Program-made: the position numbers and the translations under genes
Assembly (NCBI RefSeq): GCF_036365525.1
Contig: NC_090408.1
Location: forward strand, 30,558,269-30,622,268
Direction of reading: 5' to 3'
DNA length: 64,000 nt
Source of the DNA: Heterodontus francisci
Lineage: Eukaryota
The notes under the pieces: model-generated
Told to the model about the DNA's origin: nothing
Seen by the model: only the letters and a program-made list of their open reading frames with translations
The model's database searches: none
Part shown: positions 1 through 11,960 of the stretch, piece after piece
How the letters are laid out: every line of letters starts with the position of its first letter
Numbering within the stretch: the first letter of the stretch is position 1

Positions 1-29
1 GAGGTACTTTGAGGTAAAATCCTACATAA

Positions 30-2065
30 TATAGAATCACAGAATGGTTACAGCCCAGAAGGAGGCCATTCGGCCCATCATGTACATGTCGACTCTCTGC
101 AAGAGCAATTCAGCTAATTCCACTCCCGCCTTTTCCCCATAGCCCTGCAAATTGTTTCTCTTCAGATAACTGTCCAATACCCTTTTGAAAGCCACAGCTG
201 AATCTGCCTCCACCTCACTCTCAGGCAGTGCATTCCAGACCCTAACCGCTTGCTGCAGAACAGATGTTTTCCTCCTGTCACCTTTGGTTCTTTTGTCAAT
301 CACCTCAAATCGGTGTCCTCTGGTTCTCAACCCTTCCACCAATGGGAACAGTTTCTCCCTATCTACTCTGTCCAGACCCCTCATGATTTTGAACACCTCT
401 ATCAAATCTCCTCTCGACCTTCTCTTAGCTATGGAGAACAGCCCTAGCTACTCTAATCTAGCCTCAAAACTGAAGTCCCTCAGCCCGGAACCATTCTTGT
501 AAATCTTTTCTGTACCCTCTCTAACGCCTTAACATCCTTCTTAAAGGGTGGTCCACAGAATTGGACATAATACTCCAGTTGAGGCCGAACCACAGTTTTA
601 TAAAGGTTCACAAGAACATCCTTGCTTTTGTGCCCTAAGCCTCTATTTATAAAGCCTAGGATACCCAATGCCTTATTAACCACTTTCTCAACCTGCCCTG
701 CCACCTTCAATGATTTGTGCACATATACCCCCAGGACCCTCTGTTCCTGCACCCCCTATAGAATTGTATCCTTTATTTTATATTGCCTCCCCTCATTCTT
801 CCTCCCAAAATGAAACACTTCACACTGCTCTGCATTAAATTTCATCTGTCCATTCCACCAGCCTTTCTATATCCTCTTGAAATCTATCTCTGTCCTCTTC
901 ACAGTTCACAATACTTCCAGGTTTTGTGTCATCTGAAAATTTTGAAAATGTGCCCTGCACACCCAAGTCTAGGTCATTAATATACATCAAGAAAAGCAGT
1001 GGTCCTATTACCAATCCCTGGGGAACCCCACTATCTACCTTCTTCCAGTTCAAAAAACAACTGTTCACCATTACTCTCTGTTTCCTGTCACTCAGTCAAC
1101 TTTGTATCCATATTGCCACTGTCCCTTTTATTCCATGGGCTTTAACTTTGCTGAAGCCTGATAAGTGGTACTTTATCAAATGCCTTTTGGAAGTCTGCAT
1201 ACATCACCCTCTCTGTTACCTCATCAAAACAGTCAGTCAAATGCAATTCTCCAGTTCTCTGGCTCCACCCCTGTGTCTAAGGAGGATTGGAAGATTATGG
1301 CCAGTGCTTCTCCAATTTGCACCCTTACTTCCCTTAGTATCCTCGGATGCATCTGACCCAGTCCTGATGACTTAGCGAGTTTAAGTGCAGCCAATCTTTC
1401 TAATACCCCCTCTTTATCAATTTTTAGCCCATCCAGTGTCTCAACTACCTCCTCCTTCATGATGATTTTGGAAGCATCTTCTTCCTTGGTAAAGACAAAT
1501 ACAAAGTACTCATTTAGTACCTCAGCCATGCTGTCTGCCTCGATGCAAAATCTCCTTTTTAGTCCCTAATTGGTCCCACTCCTCCATTTATCACCCTTTT
1601 ACTATTTATGTGCCTATGGAAGACTTTTGGATTCCCTTTTATGTTAGCTGCCAGTCTCTCCTTATACTCTCTCTTTGCTTTTGTTATTTATTTTGCACTT
1701 CCCCTCTGAACTTTCTATATTCAGCCTGCTTCTCACTTGTATTATCAACCTGACATCTGTCATATGCACACTTTTGCTGCTTCATCTTACTCTCTATCAC
1801 TTTTGTCATCCAGGGAGCTCTGGCTTTGTTTGTCCTACCTTTCCCCTCATGGGAATGTATCTCGATTGTACTCAGACCATCTCCTCTTTAAAGGCAGCCC
1901 ATTGTTCTGTTACAGTTTTGCCTGCCAATCTTTGTTTCCAACTTACTTGGACCAAATCAATTCTCACCCCAATAAAATTAGCCCTCCTCCAAATTAATTA
2001 CTTTTACTCTGGATTGCTCTTTGTCCTTTTCCATAGCTAACTTAAACCTTTTGATACTATCATAT
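30..2065 (-). mobile_element. CR1 LINE, 5'-truncated and decayed ORF2 (RT and C-terminus)
   Basis: Minus-strand ORF pieces SGVPQGLVIGPLLFLMYINDLD..FSDDTK, LYKTVVRPQLEY and RTRGH..VRVWNALPE. CR1-type ATTCTRTG tail at ~31-45. Frameshifts and internal deletions. Confidence 0.93.
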
Positions 2066-2187
2066 CCTTGAGTATTCATCTGAACACTATAACCGTGTAT
2101 GCCCACCATTTAAAAAAATAATTGCCAGTTTTTAAAAAAAAATCTTGAGTGTTCCCTTTATGTCTCTGTGGGAAAATATACTTGATG

Positions 2188-2281
2188 GAGTTCTGAGGAA
2201 GTACTAGGCCTGAAATGTCAACAGTTTTCCTTTCTTTACAGATACTGACTTGCTGAATGTTTCCTGCACTTTTTATTTCTG
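2188..2281 (+). mobile_element. Degenerate Penelope terminal-repeat fragment with decayed hammerhead-like core
   Basis: gttCTGAGGAagtactaggcctGAAAtgtcaac followed by acagat..cttgctgaatgtttcc..cacttttt, collinear with the copy at 47781-47879. Confidence 0.5.
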
Positions 2282-3276
2282 TGGTGTGCCTATTTAGTTC
2301 ACAAAAGTTTTATTTGATTTTTGCTTTGTGCTGACTTCGCTGATCTCATACAGGACAGTGCCAAAGCATAGCAAACAGGCTGTTGATTTGTTATCACTCG
2401 TGCTACTCAATCACACAGAGTCAAAATTACTTCCTAAAGGATCACAGAATTCCAGCATCAGGGGGCAGAAATATCATCTTGGGTTCCCACTCCTGTCTGT
2501 TAGCCAATGACTCACAGAGACTCAAGAATGGTTGCCTATTTTGAGGTGATGCACTGCTTAGATCAGAGGACCCAGTACACCTGTGGTTTCTGTTCTCAAT
2601 TTCACACCAAAGCCATTCAAGGAGATAGTCTTCTTAGATAATGTGGATTCCATCTTTCAAGATCGAGAGCCACAAGCAAAATTGTCAGAGATGAGTTTAC
2701 CGGGTGCTTTGCTATTTCTATCTAGAAGGTCCTATGTTTCAAATCTCCAGAGAGTTACATGTTGGGATAAACCTTTAATGGAATTGGCATAGTACATCTG
2801 CTTCCAGAAATCCAGACTAGGCGAAGGCATAATGGCTGTAAGCTAGAATATCAAAAAAATCTGGGGATAGAAAGTGGTGTTGTTGTAGCAGTTCAGCATT
2901 ATTAGGTAAACCCTGACTGGTGTTGTGAGGTGCTGTAATGGTCAATCAATGTTCATTGAAACTGTTAACACTAAAATGGTTAAAATGATGTGCCAGATTC
3001 TCTGGGAGCAATGGCGTGGATGGTGATTTCTGTTGCTCTTCAGATGCAAATAGTCAAGCTTAAGATGAATGCTATATTTAGAAATCAGGTTTCTACCTTT
3101 TGCCAGCTCCAAAACTGTACAGGTGTGTGATCACCTCTAAGGTGTGTGTTGATGAAGGAAATTGCTTTCAAACGAAACTTCAAAAATTTCAACCAAATGC
3201 TTCCAAAAGAATACTTTCGTATTCAGTTTACTTTTTTTTTGAAATTTCTGAACAGCTCACTCAAATACTGGACATT

Positions 3277-3957
3277 TGGGCCTAGACATTGGTTTCTGCT
3301 CTGAAACAGATGTGAGCCCATTGGCAAACTCGACAAGAATTATGAGCCAAAGGACCGCACGAAACTGGACATCTGTCATCATCAGGATGCAACGGGGGTG
3401 CTGGGGACACTATTGCGGCCAAGATGCAGTGCACCAAATGTGGCTACGATTATGGTCAGTCAGAAGGGTCACCAGCACCAGACTTACCAGGAGTCCAGGA
3501 GGGGAGGGGGAGGAGATTGCGTGGGGGTGGAAAATGGCTGACAGCGACCTCCAGCTTTAATGTGAAGTCAGTGGGAGCACTCCTGCGTCTTCTGCCTACA
3601 CATTCAGGCAAGCAAAACGTTGCTTTTAACTTACCTTTTTGGTGGCAGCCTCCTGCATATCCTTTAAAAACTGCTAGTCGGGCTGCTTTTCGTTTGAGAA
3701 ACCTGACAGCAGTATACTGTGGTCAGTCACGATCCAATATTGGGCAGTGCCCTGAAATAGGCAATCGGCCCCCAATTTTCACAGCAATTCATCCAATGCT
3801 CATTTCAGATGGAAGCCTGAACAACGTCAGGGAGCCCTAACCAATATGGGGTGCAACACATGCCCGGCATGGAATAAGCGCCTGCAGGCTGCACTGGAAT
3901 CTTCTGCACCTATTTTTGGCTGAAAAATGGGTGCCGTGCAATGCCATTTATCAGCCT
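3277..3957. mobile_element. Probable decayed MITE (PIF/Harbinger-like)
   Basis: GC-rich island in AT-rich flanks. Starts tgggcctagacattgg and ends ccatttatcagcct (weak inverted similarity), resembling the other GGGC-ended elements here. Confidence 0.4.
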
Positions 3958-4675
3958 TGCAATCCTATTTAGCAGTTGCAGGATACTTTCTGTTGTGGAA
4001 CAGAGGGGCTTACCAATACAAGGTCTGCAAAAATGAGTCTTAGTTCCTTTAAAATTTATTTCCAGGCAATTGTGAAAACTGCTTGAATGTCACACTGGCC
4101 AGGCAGCACAACAGTTGGTGCTTCAATCTCGGTAGAACATGAGCTTTTGCAGGTGAGATCCCTCCTAGCAGGTATCCGACCACACAGAGTGGAGCTCAGG
4201 AATCCACACCCGTTGTACAATTCGTGTAATTGGTTCATGAAGTGTTGGCAGAGGCTAAGGAACTGGTCATTTAGTTTGCTCTTTCAAACAAGCATACAAT
4301 ATGGCATGATTTGGGGAGTTGAATAGACTGATGAGTCAAACAATACACTTTTTAATAAAAACGTGTAAATTCTATACAGACCATGACAGAAATAATTCCA
4401 ACTGAAGATAATCTCGGGCTTTATACGAGAGATGTTGATGCCGTTGAGGAATTTCTAATCATTGTGAACCCTGATTTTTTTTCCAATGAATCAAGAAGCG
4501 ATTGGAGACATTCACCTGATTTGACATTCAGAATTTCGAATGGAAAGAAGCCCATTGTCTCAGACGTCGTAAAAGGAATTGCGCCTTTGATTGTCGTTGA
4601 AAGCTGCTCGAGAAGATTGTAACATAGCAAAATGGTGCTGTTCTTATCAGGTCCCGATTACAATGAAAAGGCAGA

Positions 4676-4756
4676 GAGGGCGGAACCAGGACACTGACTA
4701 GGTGGAGGCAGCGCCTCCAGTAACAAGAGGCTGGGAAACCAATATCATTGCGTCAA
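4676..4756. promoter_or_regulatory. Upstream regulatory motif cluster
   Basis: GC box GGGGCGG (4677-4683), CCAAT (4739-4743) and TTGCGTCA (C/EBP-ATF-like) within 80 bp, about 350 bp from the CpG-rich core. Confidence 0.4.
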
Positions 4757-5059
4757 GGCAATCCCCCCCTCCCCAGCACAGGGCTCCACCCTGGATACAT
4801 TGCTCACACTGATCAAATCCGAAACATAATAACGTCTTGCACTCACTTACCAGCAAACCATCTGTGGAAGACTAAAAGGTATCATTTCACTGCCAAGGCT
4901 ACAGTGAATACAATCAGTGAAGTGAATGTCCCAGTTCTGTGTTAAGGTTTGAATAGCCTTGTTACTGTAAGGGATTGGGATTTATCTTTTATTTTTGGAT
5001 TTGGGAAGTCCACATCCTCCCACCCATCCAATGCTTCTTTTCTGCTTCTGGTTCCCTCA

Positions 5060-5210
5060 GGGTGTTGGCGGGAAACGCTGCTCCCAAGGAGCCCTGTCCA
5101 ATCAGCAGCCCCGCCGAGGCCATCAGCCCGCCCCCTCCCGCAGCCCATTGGGGGAAGGAGCTGTCAATCAGCCGCCCCGCGAGTCCCGGGCTGGAGAGCA
5201 ATCGCGCAGG
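5060..5210 (+). promoter_or_regulatory. CpG-rich TATA-less promoter
   Basis: Local CpG enrichment outside any repeat. E2F-like GGCGGGAAA 5067-5075, CCAATCAG 5098, ATTGG 5147, TCAATCAG 5164, GC boxes CCGCCC 5128 and 5172. Confidence 0.75.
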
Positions 5211-5281
5211 TTCTCCGCTACAACTGGCTCGGACGCTCTTCTCTGTCTCTGTCCTCCAGCACTTCTCGGCATCTTTCTCAA
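5211..5281 (+). other. Probable non-coding first exon of an unidentified gene (start approximate)
   Basis: Directly downstream of the promoter motifs, contains no ATG, and ends at a consensus donor CAA|GTAAGT (intron starts 5282). Confidence 0.6.
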
Positions 5282-8268
5282 GTAAGTCCTCTTTTATTCC
5301 CCCCCCCCCCCTTCAGTTTTTTTTATAGCTCCTTCGATAGCAGCAGCAACGAATGCGTGAACTGTCAGGGTAATGCTGACTTTCCCCGAAGTTTTTCTCC
5401 CCAATATTTGTGTGTTGGGTTGGGTTTGGATTAACATTGCTGCACACTGTGATGCTGATGCTTTTTGTATGTGTGTGTTTGCTTTTAGTCTAGGTCTCGT
5501 AACCCAAACATTGACGTACCGTTTTTTTTAATGTGGGACACGAATACTATTCTATTTTGCTGCAATAATATTTAAATGTCAGCTCATTAGGAAATGTTAT
5601 GTTCTCTCTTTCCCCCCTCTCTCTCTCTGTGTACTGGGGGGTTTAAAGCTGGCGTTGTGCTCCAGTATTTGATGGGGAGATCACTGAGTCAGCGAGCTGC
5701 CGGGAGAGAGCCCTTGTTCTCTGGGTGGGAACCGGAGTTCAGCCTCTCACACACCGATTGCTACTTGATAACTGATCGAAGTCCATGCTCACACTCGCTG
5801 AGAAAGGCAGCGATGCAAATTCACAGCACGACATTTTATTCTCTCTTTAAAATTAGGCGCAAGGAGAGGAAGAGAAATGTGGCCAAATCCGTTTTTTTAA
5901 AAATAAAAAGCCAATTTAAAAAGAAAGACTTTCCCTGGAGTGCTGCGCCCTGAACAGTTGGCACTGTTGCTCCACTTTATTGAAATCAATCACCTTTTCT
6001 GCTTCCCACTCCAGGGAGCTGGGTGGGAAATGGGGGATGTCAGATAGAATCTTATCTATTTGTATAAGGTTACGGTCTCATTCCTTAGGGGCTGATTCTC
6101 CTAATACTTTGCAAGCCGGAGATTTCAAAATATATTCTTTCATGAGTGTCCCTGTGTCTTATTTACTCCTTTACCAAAAAAAATCATTTCTCTCACGCCA
6201 GAAGCTTGATGCAGTGTGATTTGTGACTGAAGATCTCTTTGGGTAACCAGAATAAATCACGCTGGTCTTTTTGGTGTCGAGAGCCAAACCCATTTTGAAA
6301 TGCGCATTAACATTCTGACAGGTGCTATTACAGCTACAGTACACGCTGAGTAATTGCGATGGCATCAAAGTGTTCAGTTATCTGCTCTCATCTCATATCT
6401 TGCCTTAACAAAAATAAAAGTCATCCTCGTTCATCACTTTTCATGCCACAAGTTCTCATTCAGCGATTAAAATTACTTTAGTGCCATACAAAATATTGGA
6501 TAGAATTGGGAAAGAGCAGTTTCTACAGCAAAGGTTCTGCTTGACTCTTGCTATTTATTATGATATTTGGATGAAATGCCGGATACACAGTTTTAACTGT
6601 GTTTACACAGTTGTGTTCTGTGCAGCCAGGATTATGTCACCGAATCTTTAATCACTGTAAACAGATGACCTGTGTTGCACAGTGGAAGCTCTTTTCACAG
6701 CCCCACTTTGTTTTCAGTCAAATGCCCCTTTTGTTCACTGTAAATATTCAAAATAAAACTAGAAGTGTCTTGTGGTCACGTAATGCAGTAGATGAAGCCT
6801 GTTGTTATTTTGCAGATTTATTTTTAATTTAGGAGTGCAAGATTAGAGCCTATCATTTTATATTCTTGGGAATGGCAGTGGTAATTCATAGAAATATTAA
6901 TGATTTATATTCTGTGATTAATGTGATTAATAGTTACTAAAAATTATATAACATGTTTGTCCTCCACATATTGCAAGTGCTAGCTCCTTTACTAAACAGT
7001 ATTCAAAACACAGTTCCAATAAACACCACCTGTATCAATAAGATGTCACCGTTACTGTACAATTGAAATGAAAACATTTCACAACATTTATTATAGAGCT
7101 ACATAGTAAGAGTTGTCCCTACTTATTAATCTAAGCTATTAATACTCAACAACATATTTATGGGGTTAATTAACTGTGAAACTTCCAAAGCTTAGAATAT
7201 TGGTGTATTTCTGATACAACATTGGTATCAAAATAAGATCTATTGTAGAATTTGTGAAGACTGTGATATGGTGGAAATTTTCTACCCTAACATATGGGGT
7301 TACTTGTAACATTTTTTGACCATCTTGTTCCTCTGATGTGACTTTTATTGGCTACATTCCTTTGTCACTGAGTCCTCTGGCAGGTATGTAGGTTGTACTT
7401 ATCCACATTTAAGGTTTAGTTCGGAAGGGAGCATCTTGAATCACAGCTAAGTAAGAACTGGACTTTGCTGATAGACTGAGGAGAAGTCAGGCTACATCTT
7501 TAATGAACTGCCTCTGCAATATCATCTGCATTCACCACCTCCCCCCCCCCAAAACAAAAAGCTAATTGATTATTGCAGCCAAAGATTATCAAGTCTTTCC
7601 TCAGCTCCAGGTTTTAATATCGTAACAACTTTCAGGACTTCACTAAAGCATTCAGGGACCAATCATGTTATTTCCTAAGAAAATGTAATAGGAATGAATG
7701 TTTGAGGGAAAAAAGTGGTCTTCATTTTTCAATGCTCCAAATTCAGACTCTCCAAATGTAAGATTTCCAAAGGCTGAAGAAATTCTTAACAGTAGAACAA
7801 TAGAACTTTGTCCAATATCATACCCCAAACTTTGAGAACTGCTACCATTGCATTATCACATATTGGTTGCATATCCCCTAACTTCATGGAGACTTTGTTA
7901 TAGAACTTTCACAAGAATGCTGATCAATGAGATAATAGCCCATTTTATGGTACACATCAACCATTACAGCAGGTAGCATCCAGCAAGGCTCCTACAGATC
8001 CACACAAGTCCTCAGAGTAGAATTTTTTGTTAAGTCAAGTGCATTTAAAGTGATGCAATTGGGCAAAACTTCAAATGAATCCAAATCAATTCAATTTAGA
8101 ACTCCTGTTTGACTACTTATTACCATCTATGTTATTACTGCGATTTTTAAAGTGAGATTTACTGTTCGAGGTTAGCGACGACGAGTGGAAGAAATGAATT
8201 GGAATGTGGGTTGATTACTTCGAACTCTTGATTGGGAGAAGTGTTAAGAATAACTTGTCTTTTTGCAG

Positions 8269-8346
8269 GGAGTACTTTTACTCAGCACAAAATTCACTAG
8301 CGTTTGGCATCCTTAACCCTGCAGAATGTTTAGTGGCATTTAAAAG
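8269..8346 (+). other. Candidate internal exon (78 nt)
   Basis: Branch-like taac, pyrimidine tract and acceptor ttgtctttttgcag|, then donor AAG|GTAAGT at 8347, in unique sequence. Confidence 0.5.
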
Positions 8347-8638
8347 GTAAGTGTGACTTTGAATGAAACTAAGTTCAGTATAACAACTTTTAGTATTTAT
8401 GCTGGCTGTTGTTTCGCTGTCTGGACACCTGGACTTCTAGCGAAATTGTTAACTGTTTAGTGGCTCGACTCACAGGTTCAGACTTTCCTTGGAGTTGCTA
8501 AAACTGCTGTCACAAATGGGGTTTCTCTTGCACTTCAGGCAAAATTAATGTAGTGGAGCAGGAGCAGATCCAAGGAAATTTCTGGCTTCCGTTTTTCTTC
8601 ATCTCCTGATATTCTTGGCCTCACTAGCTTTCCTGAGT

Positions 8639-9665
8639 TACAACAACAACAACTTATATTTATATAGCACCTTTAATGTAATAAAATATCCAAAGTTGGT
8701 TCACAAGAGCATTATAAAACAAAATATGACACCAAGCCACATAAGGAGATATTAGGTCAGATGACCAAAAGCTTTGTCAAAGAGGTCGATTTTAACGAGT
8801 ATCTTAAAGGAGGAAGCTGAGGTAGAGAGGTTTAGGGAGGGTATTTTAGAGCTTGGGGCCTAGGTAACTGAAGGCATGGCCACCAATGGTGGAGCGATTA
8901 AATTGGAGATGCACAAGAGGCCAGAATTAGAGGAGAGCAGATAACTTGGAGGGTTGTGCGGCAGGAGGAGGTTGTAGAGATAGGGTGAGGTGAGGCCATG
9001 GAAAGTTTTGAAAACAAGGATGAGAATTTTGAAATCAAGACGTTGCTTGACTGGGAACCGATGTAGGCCAGCGACCGCAGGGGTGATAGGTAAACGGGAC
9101 TTGGTGTGAGTTAAGACACGGGCAGCAAAGTTTTGGATGGCCTCATGTTTACCGAGGGTAGAATGTAGGAGGCCAGCCTGGACTGTGTAGGAGTAGTTAC
9201 ATCAAGCAGTAACGACGGCATGAATGAGGGCTTCAGCAGCAGATGAGCTGAGACAGGGGCAATGTTGGGCAATGTTACGGGGGTGGAAATAGACAGTCTT
9301 AGTGATGGCGTGAATATGAGGTCGGAAGCTCACCATGGGGTTAAATGTGAAACCGAGGTTGTGAACACGCTGTTTTAAATTCAGACTGTTGCCAGGGAGA
9401 GGGATAGAATTGGTAGCTAGGAAACAGAGTTTGTAGTGGGGACCGAAAACAATGGCTTCAGTCTTCCCAATGTTTAATTGTAGTAAATTTCTGCTCATCC
9501 AGTACTGGATGTTGGATAGGCAGTCTGAGAATTTAGCAGCAGTGGAGGAGTTGAGAGAGATGGTGATGAGGTAGAGCTGGGTGTCATCAGCGTACATGTG
9601 AAAATTAATGCTGTGCTTTTGGATGATGTTGCCAAGGGGCAGCATGTAGATGAGAAATAGGAGCT
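8639..9665 (-). mobile_element. L2 LINE 3' fragment
   Basis: ORF 9202-9681 has [33 protein letters not shown], typical of L2 RT. Tail aaaggtgctatataaatataagttgttgttg. Confidence 0.9.
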
Positions 9666-10209
9666 CCCAGATCTCTTCCACTACTTAATCTGGCTCCCTG
9701 AAGCTTTTTTTTTCTCCCTTTCATTTCATTAACAAAAACTCTTAGCGTTATCTATGAAGCCCAGGTCTGTCTAAGACTTGAATGATGGGCCCATATCTGG
9801 GAGGCTCTTCAAGCATCTCTTGCACGCCTGGAGAGCAGAAAATAAATGTATTCTGATCGGTGATCTTCATCTCATGCCAGTTTTCTAACATTTCTCCACA
9901 TCTGTGCATCAAAGCTTTTCCCGTCTTTACTTTATCAATATTACTGTGGTCACTGCCGCTCTAAAGTTCCCTGTCAAGCTCCAAGTGAGTCATTATCGAT
10001 GAAAGAAGACATTAATGTTACTTGCCTATCCCCTGCAGTCCAAGTGAGAGATACAGCCTGCAGTTTTTAGCCTGTTTATGGTACAAATCCTGCTTCTAGG
10101 ATTTGTTTAGTATTGATGCGTCTAAGCTACAATTTCTCCCCCCCCACCCCCAAAAATAATGCTTCTTCACAATTTGCAGTGCATGCATTTATTGCTGACA
10201 CTAATGATC

Positions 10210-10337
10210 NNNNNNNNNNNNNNNNNNNNNNNNNNNNNNNNNNNNNNNNNNNNNNNNNNNNNNNNNNNNNNNNNNNNNNNNNNNNNNNNNNNNNNNNNNN
10301 NNNNNNNNNNNNNNNNNNNNNNNNNNNNNNNNNNNNN
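10210..10337. other. Assembly gap (128 N)
   Basis: Run of N. Confidence 1.
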
Positions 10338-10563
10338 CATTACAGGGCAGTCATTTGAACAGAATGGAACTCTGGCAATGTTGGGTGCTGTATACAATGA
10401 GGATGTAAGAATGGAAACGAGGTAATGTCAAAAGACAGAGTAGAGAACTGCTGGGGTGAAAGGATCATCAGTCAATAGCCTGAGATTCAAATGGGAGGTA
10501 GCTATAAATTACAAGATGGAGGAATGATTCTGAAATATATTTTAAAAATGAAGATAATCATAT

Positions 10564-11112
10564 GTGTCAGCTGTGGCTCATTTGATGGCATGCTCGCCTC
10601 TAAGTCACAAGGGCCTGGTTTCCAAGTCCCACTTCAGGACTTGAGCACAATAATCAAGGCTGACACTCCAGTGCAGTACTGAGGGAGCACTGTACAGTCT
10701 TTCAGATGAGACATTGAGGCCCTGTCTGTGCTGTCAGGTGGATGTAAAAGATCCCTTGGCACTATTTGGAGAGCGGGGGTTAACCCTGGTGCCCTGGCCT
10801 ATATTAACCTTCCCATCAGCATTACAAAAACAGGTTATCTGGTCATTGTCACATTGCTGTTTGTGGGAGCTTGCTGTGTGCAAATTGGCTGCCATGCTTC
10901 CTACATTAATAACAGAAGAAATAGGAGCAGGAGTAGGCCATTCGGCCCCTCGAGCCTGCTCCACCATTCAATAAGATCATGGCTGATCTGATCATGGCCT
11001 CAACTCCACTAGAACAGTGACTACATTTCAACAAAGTACTTCATTGGCTGTAAAGCATTTGAAGCTAAAAGTTTCTAAAGTTGTGAAAGGTGCTATGTAA
11101 ATGTGAGTCTTT
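10564..11112 (+). mobile_element. Deu-domain tRNA SINE (SacSINE1/AmnSINE1-like), near full length, interrupted
   Basis: Head gtggctca..caagtcccact, core tctttcagatgagac..gtaaaagatccc..ggcact..ccctgg, tail aaaggtgctatgtaaatg. Homologous to copies at 48.7 and 50.6 kb. Confidence 0.85.
10916..11012 (-). mobile_element. CR1 3'-end fragment nested in the Deu-SINE
   Basis: gaaataggagcaggagtaggccattcggcccctcgagcctg matches the CR1 3' end at 62155. Flanked by an aacag duplication (10911-10915 and 11013-11017). Confidence 0.8.
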
Positions 11113-11765
11113 TTGTTTTCTAACCATAAATGAAAATGACAAATGGGGAATAGAAACAAAACCATGTGGAAAGTAAAGAGAGTCTCCCTTTTACCTTTCT
11201 TTCCAGGTCAACAAATAACAGAGAGAAGTGAATAGGAAGGAAAGAAGTAAATAATGAAGACAGAAAGATAAATAATTGTAAGGAGAACACAAACAGAAGA
11301 AATAACAGCATTAATTGGAAAACAGAAGTGAGAAAAGGCAGGAAACAAAGTGCTTTAAATGAAGTTGCAGAAGCAAGACTTGAGAAGGAAACAGAAGCAG
11401 GAGATAAACCTGAGAACTTAGAGAGAAGAGTAAGCCTATAGGGACACACTGATTTAAAGCATTCCTGCCATGTTATGGTGAAAAATACTTGGCTAAAAAG
11501 TGCTATAAGGGAGATAGTCCACTTTGGTTCCCTTGCATATGCCAGGATCGTATGTTGGGAAATTGTGCACCCCGAGTTTGCCACTTCCTGTTCAGTTACT
11601 GTCTGCCATGCACAGGGGAGCTGGAGTGACAAGTCTTTACCATAACTGCCTTTAAATTGCAGGGAGGCAGTGTTGAGGCTGTCATGTGACATGACTGATG
11701 CTACTTCAAACTAGCCTGGACGCTAAAATCCAGAGCTCCCCAACCTGGAAAACCATGGTTGTACA

Positions 11766-11960
11766 AATTAAATCCAGCCCATACTGATGAGATAAAAGTT
11801 CCTTTTTGCTGCTGTAGGAAACCTGTCTGAAATGATTCTGGTGTACCTTCAAACCAAACCTAATGCTTGTAGCTCTGTAGCCTACAGCTCAAAACTGTTT
11901 TCAATACAGCTTTAATTTGGCAGTCTCGTTCAGAGAAACCTTAAGGAGATCTGGCGTAAG
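11766..11960 (+). mobile_element. Possible LF-SINE-related ancient SINE fragment
   Basis: aaatccagccca..aaagt..tgaaatga..ttggcagtctc..cagaga occur in the order I recall for the LF-SINE consensus. Heavily diverged. Confidence 0.4.

Noticed and set aside
4690-4725. CTCF-like motifs (actaggtggagg, gcagcgcctccagta)
   Set aside because: Both miss key consensus positions and cannot be supported without scoring or ChIP.
4949-5434. Overlapping 96-161 aa ORFs across the promoter
   Set aside because: GC-rich sequence lacks stops. The ORFs have no recognisable domains and cross or end at the splice donor.
10113-10425. ORFs spanning the N run, and the GATC next to the gap
   Set aside because: Assembly artefact. 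The GATC may reflect scaffolding or chance.
11120-11692. 190-aa hydrophobic minus-strand ORF resembling a membrane protein
   Set aside because: Reverse complement of an A/G-rich low-complexity tract, so the F/L/S richness is compositional.
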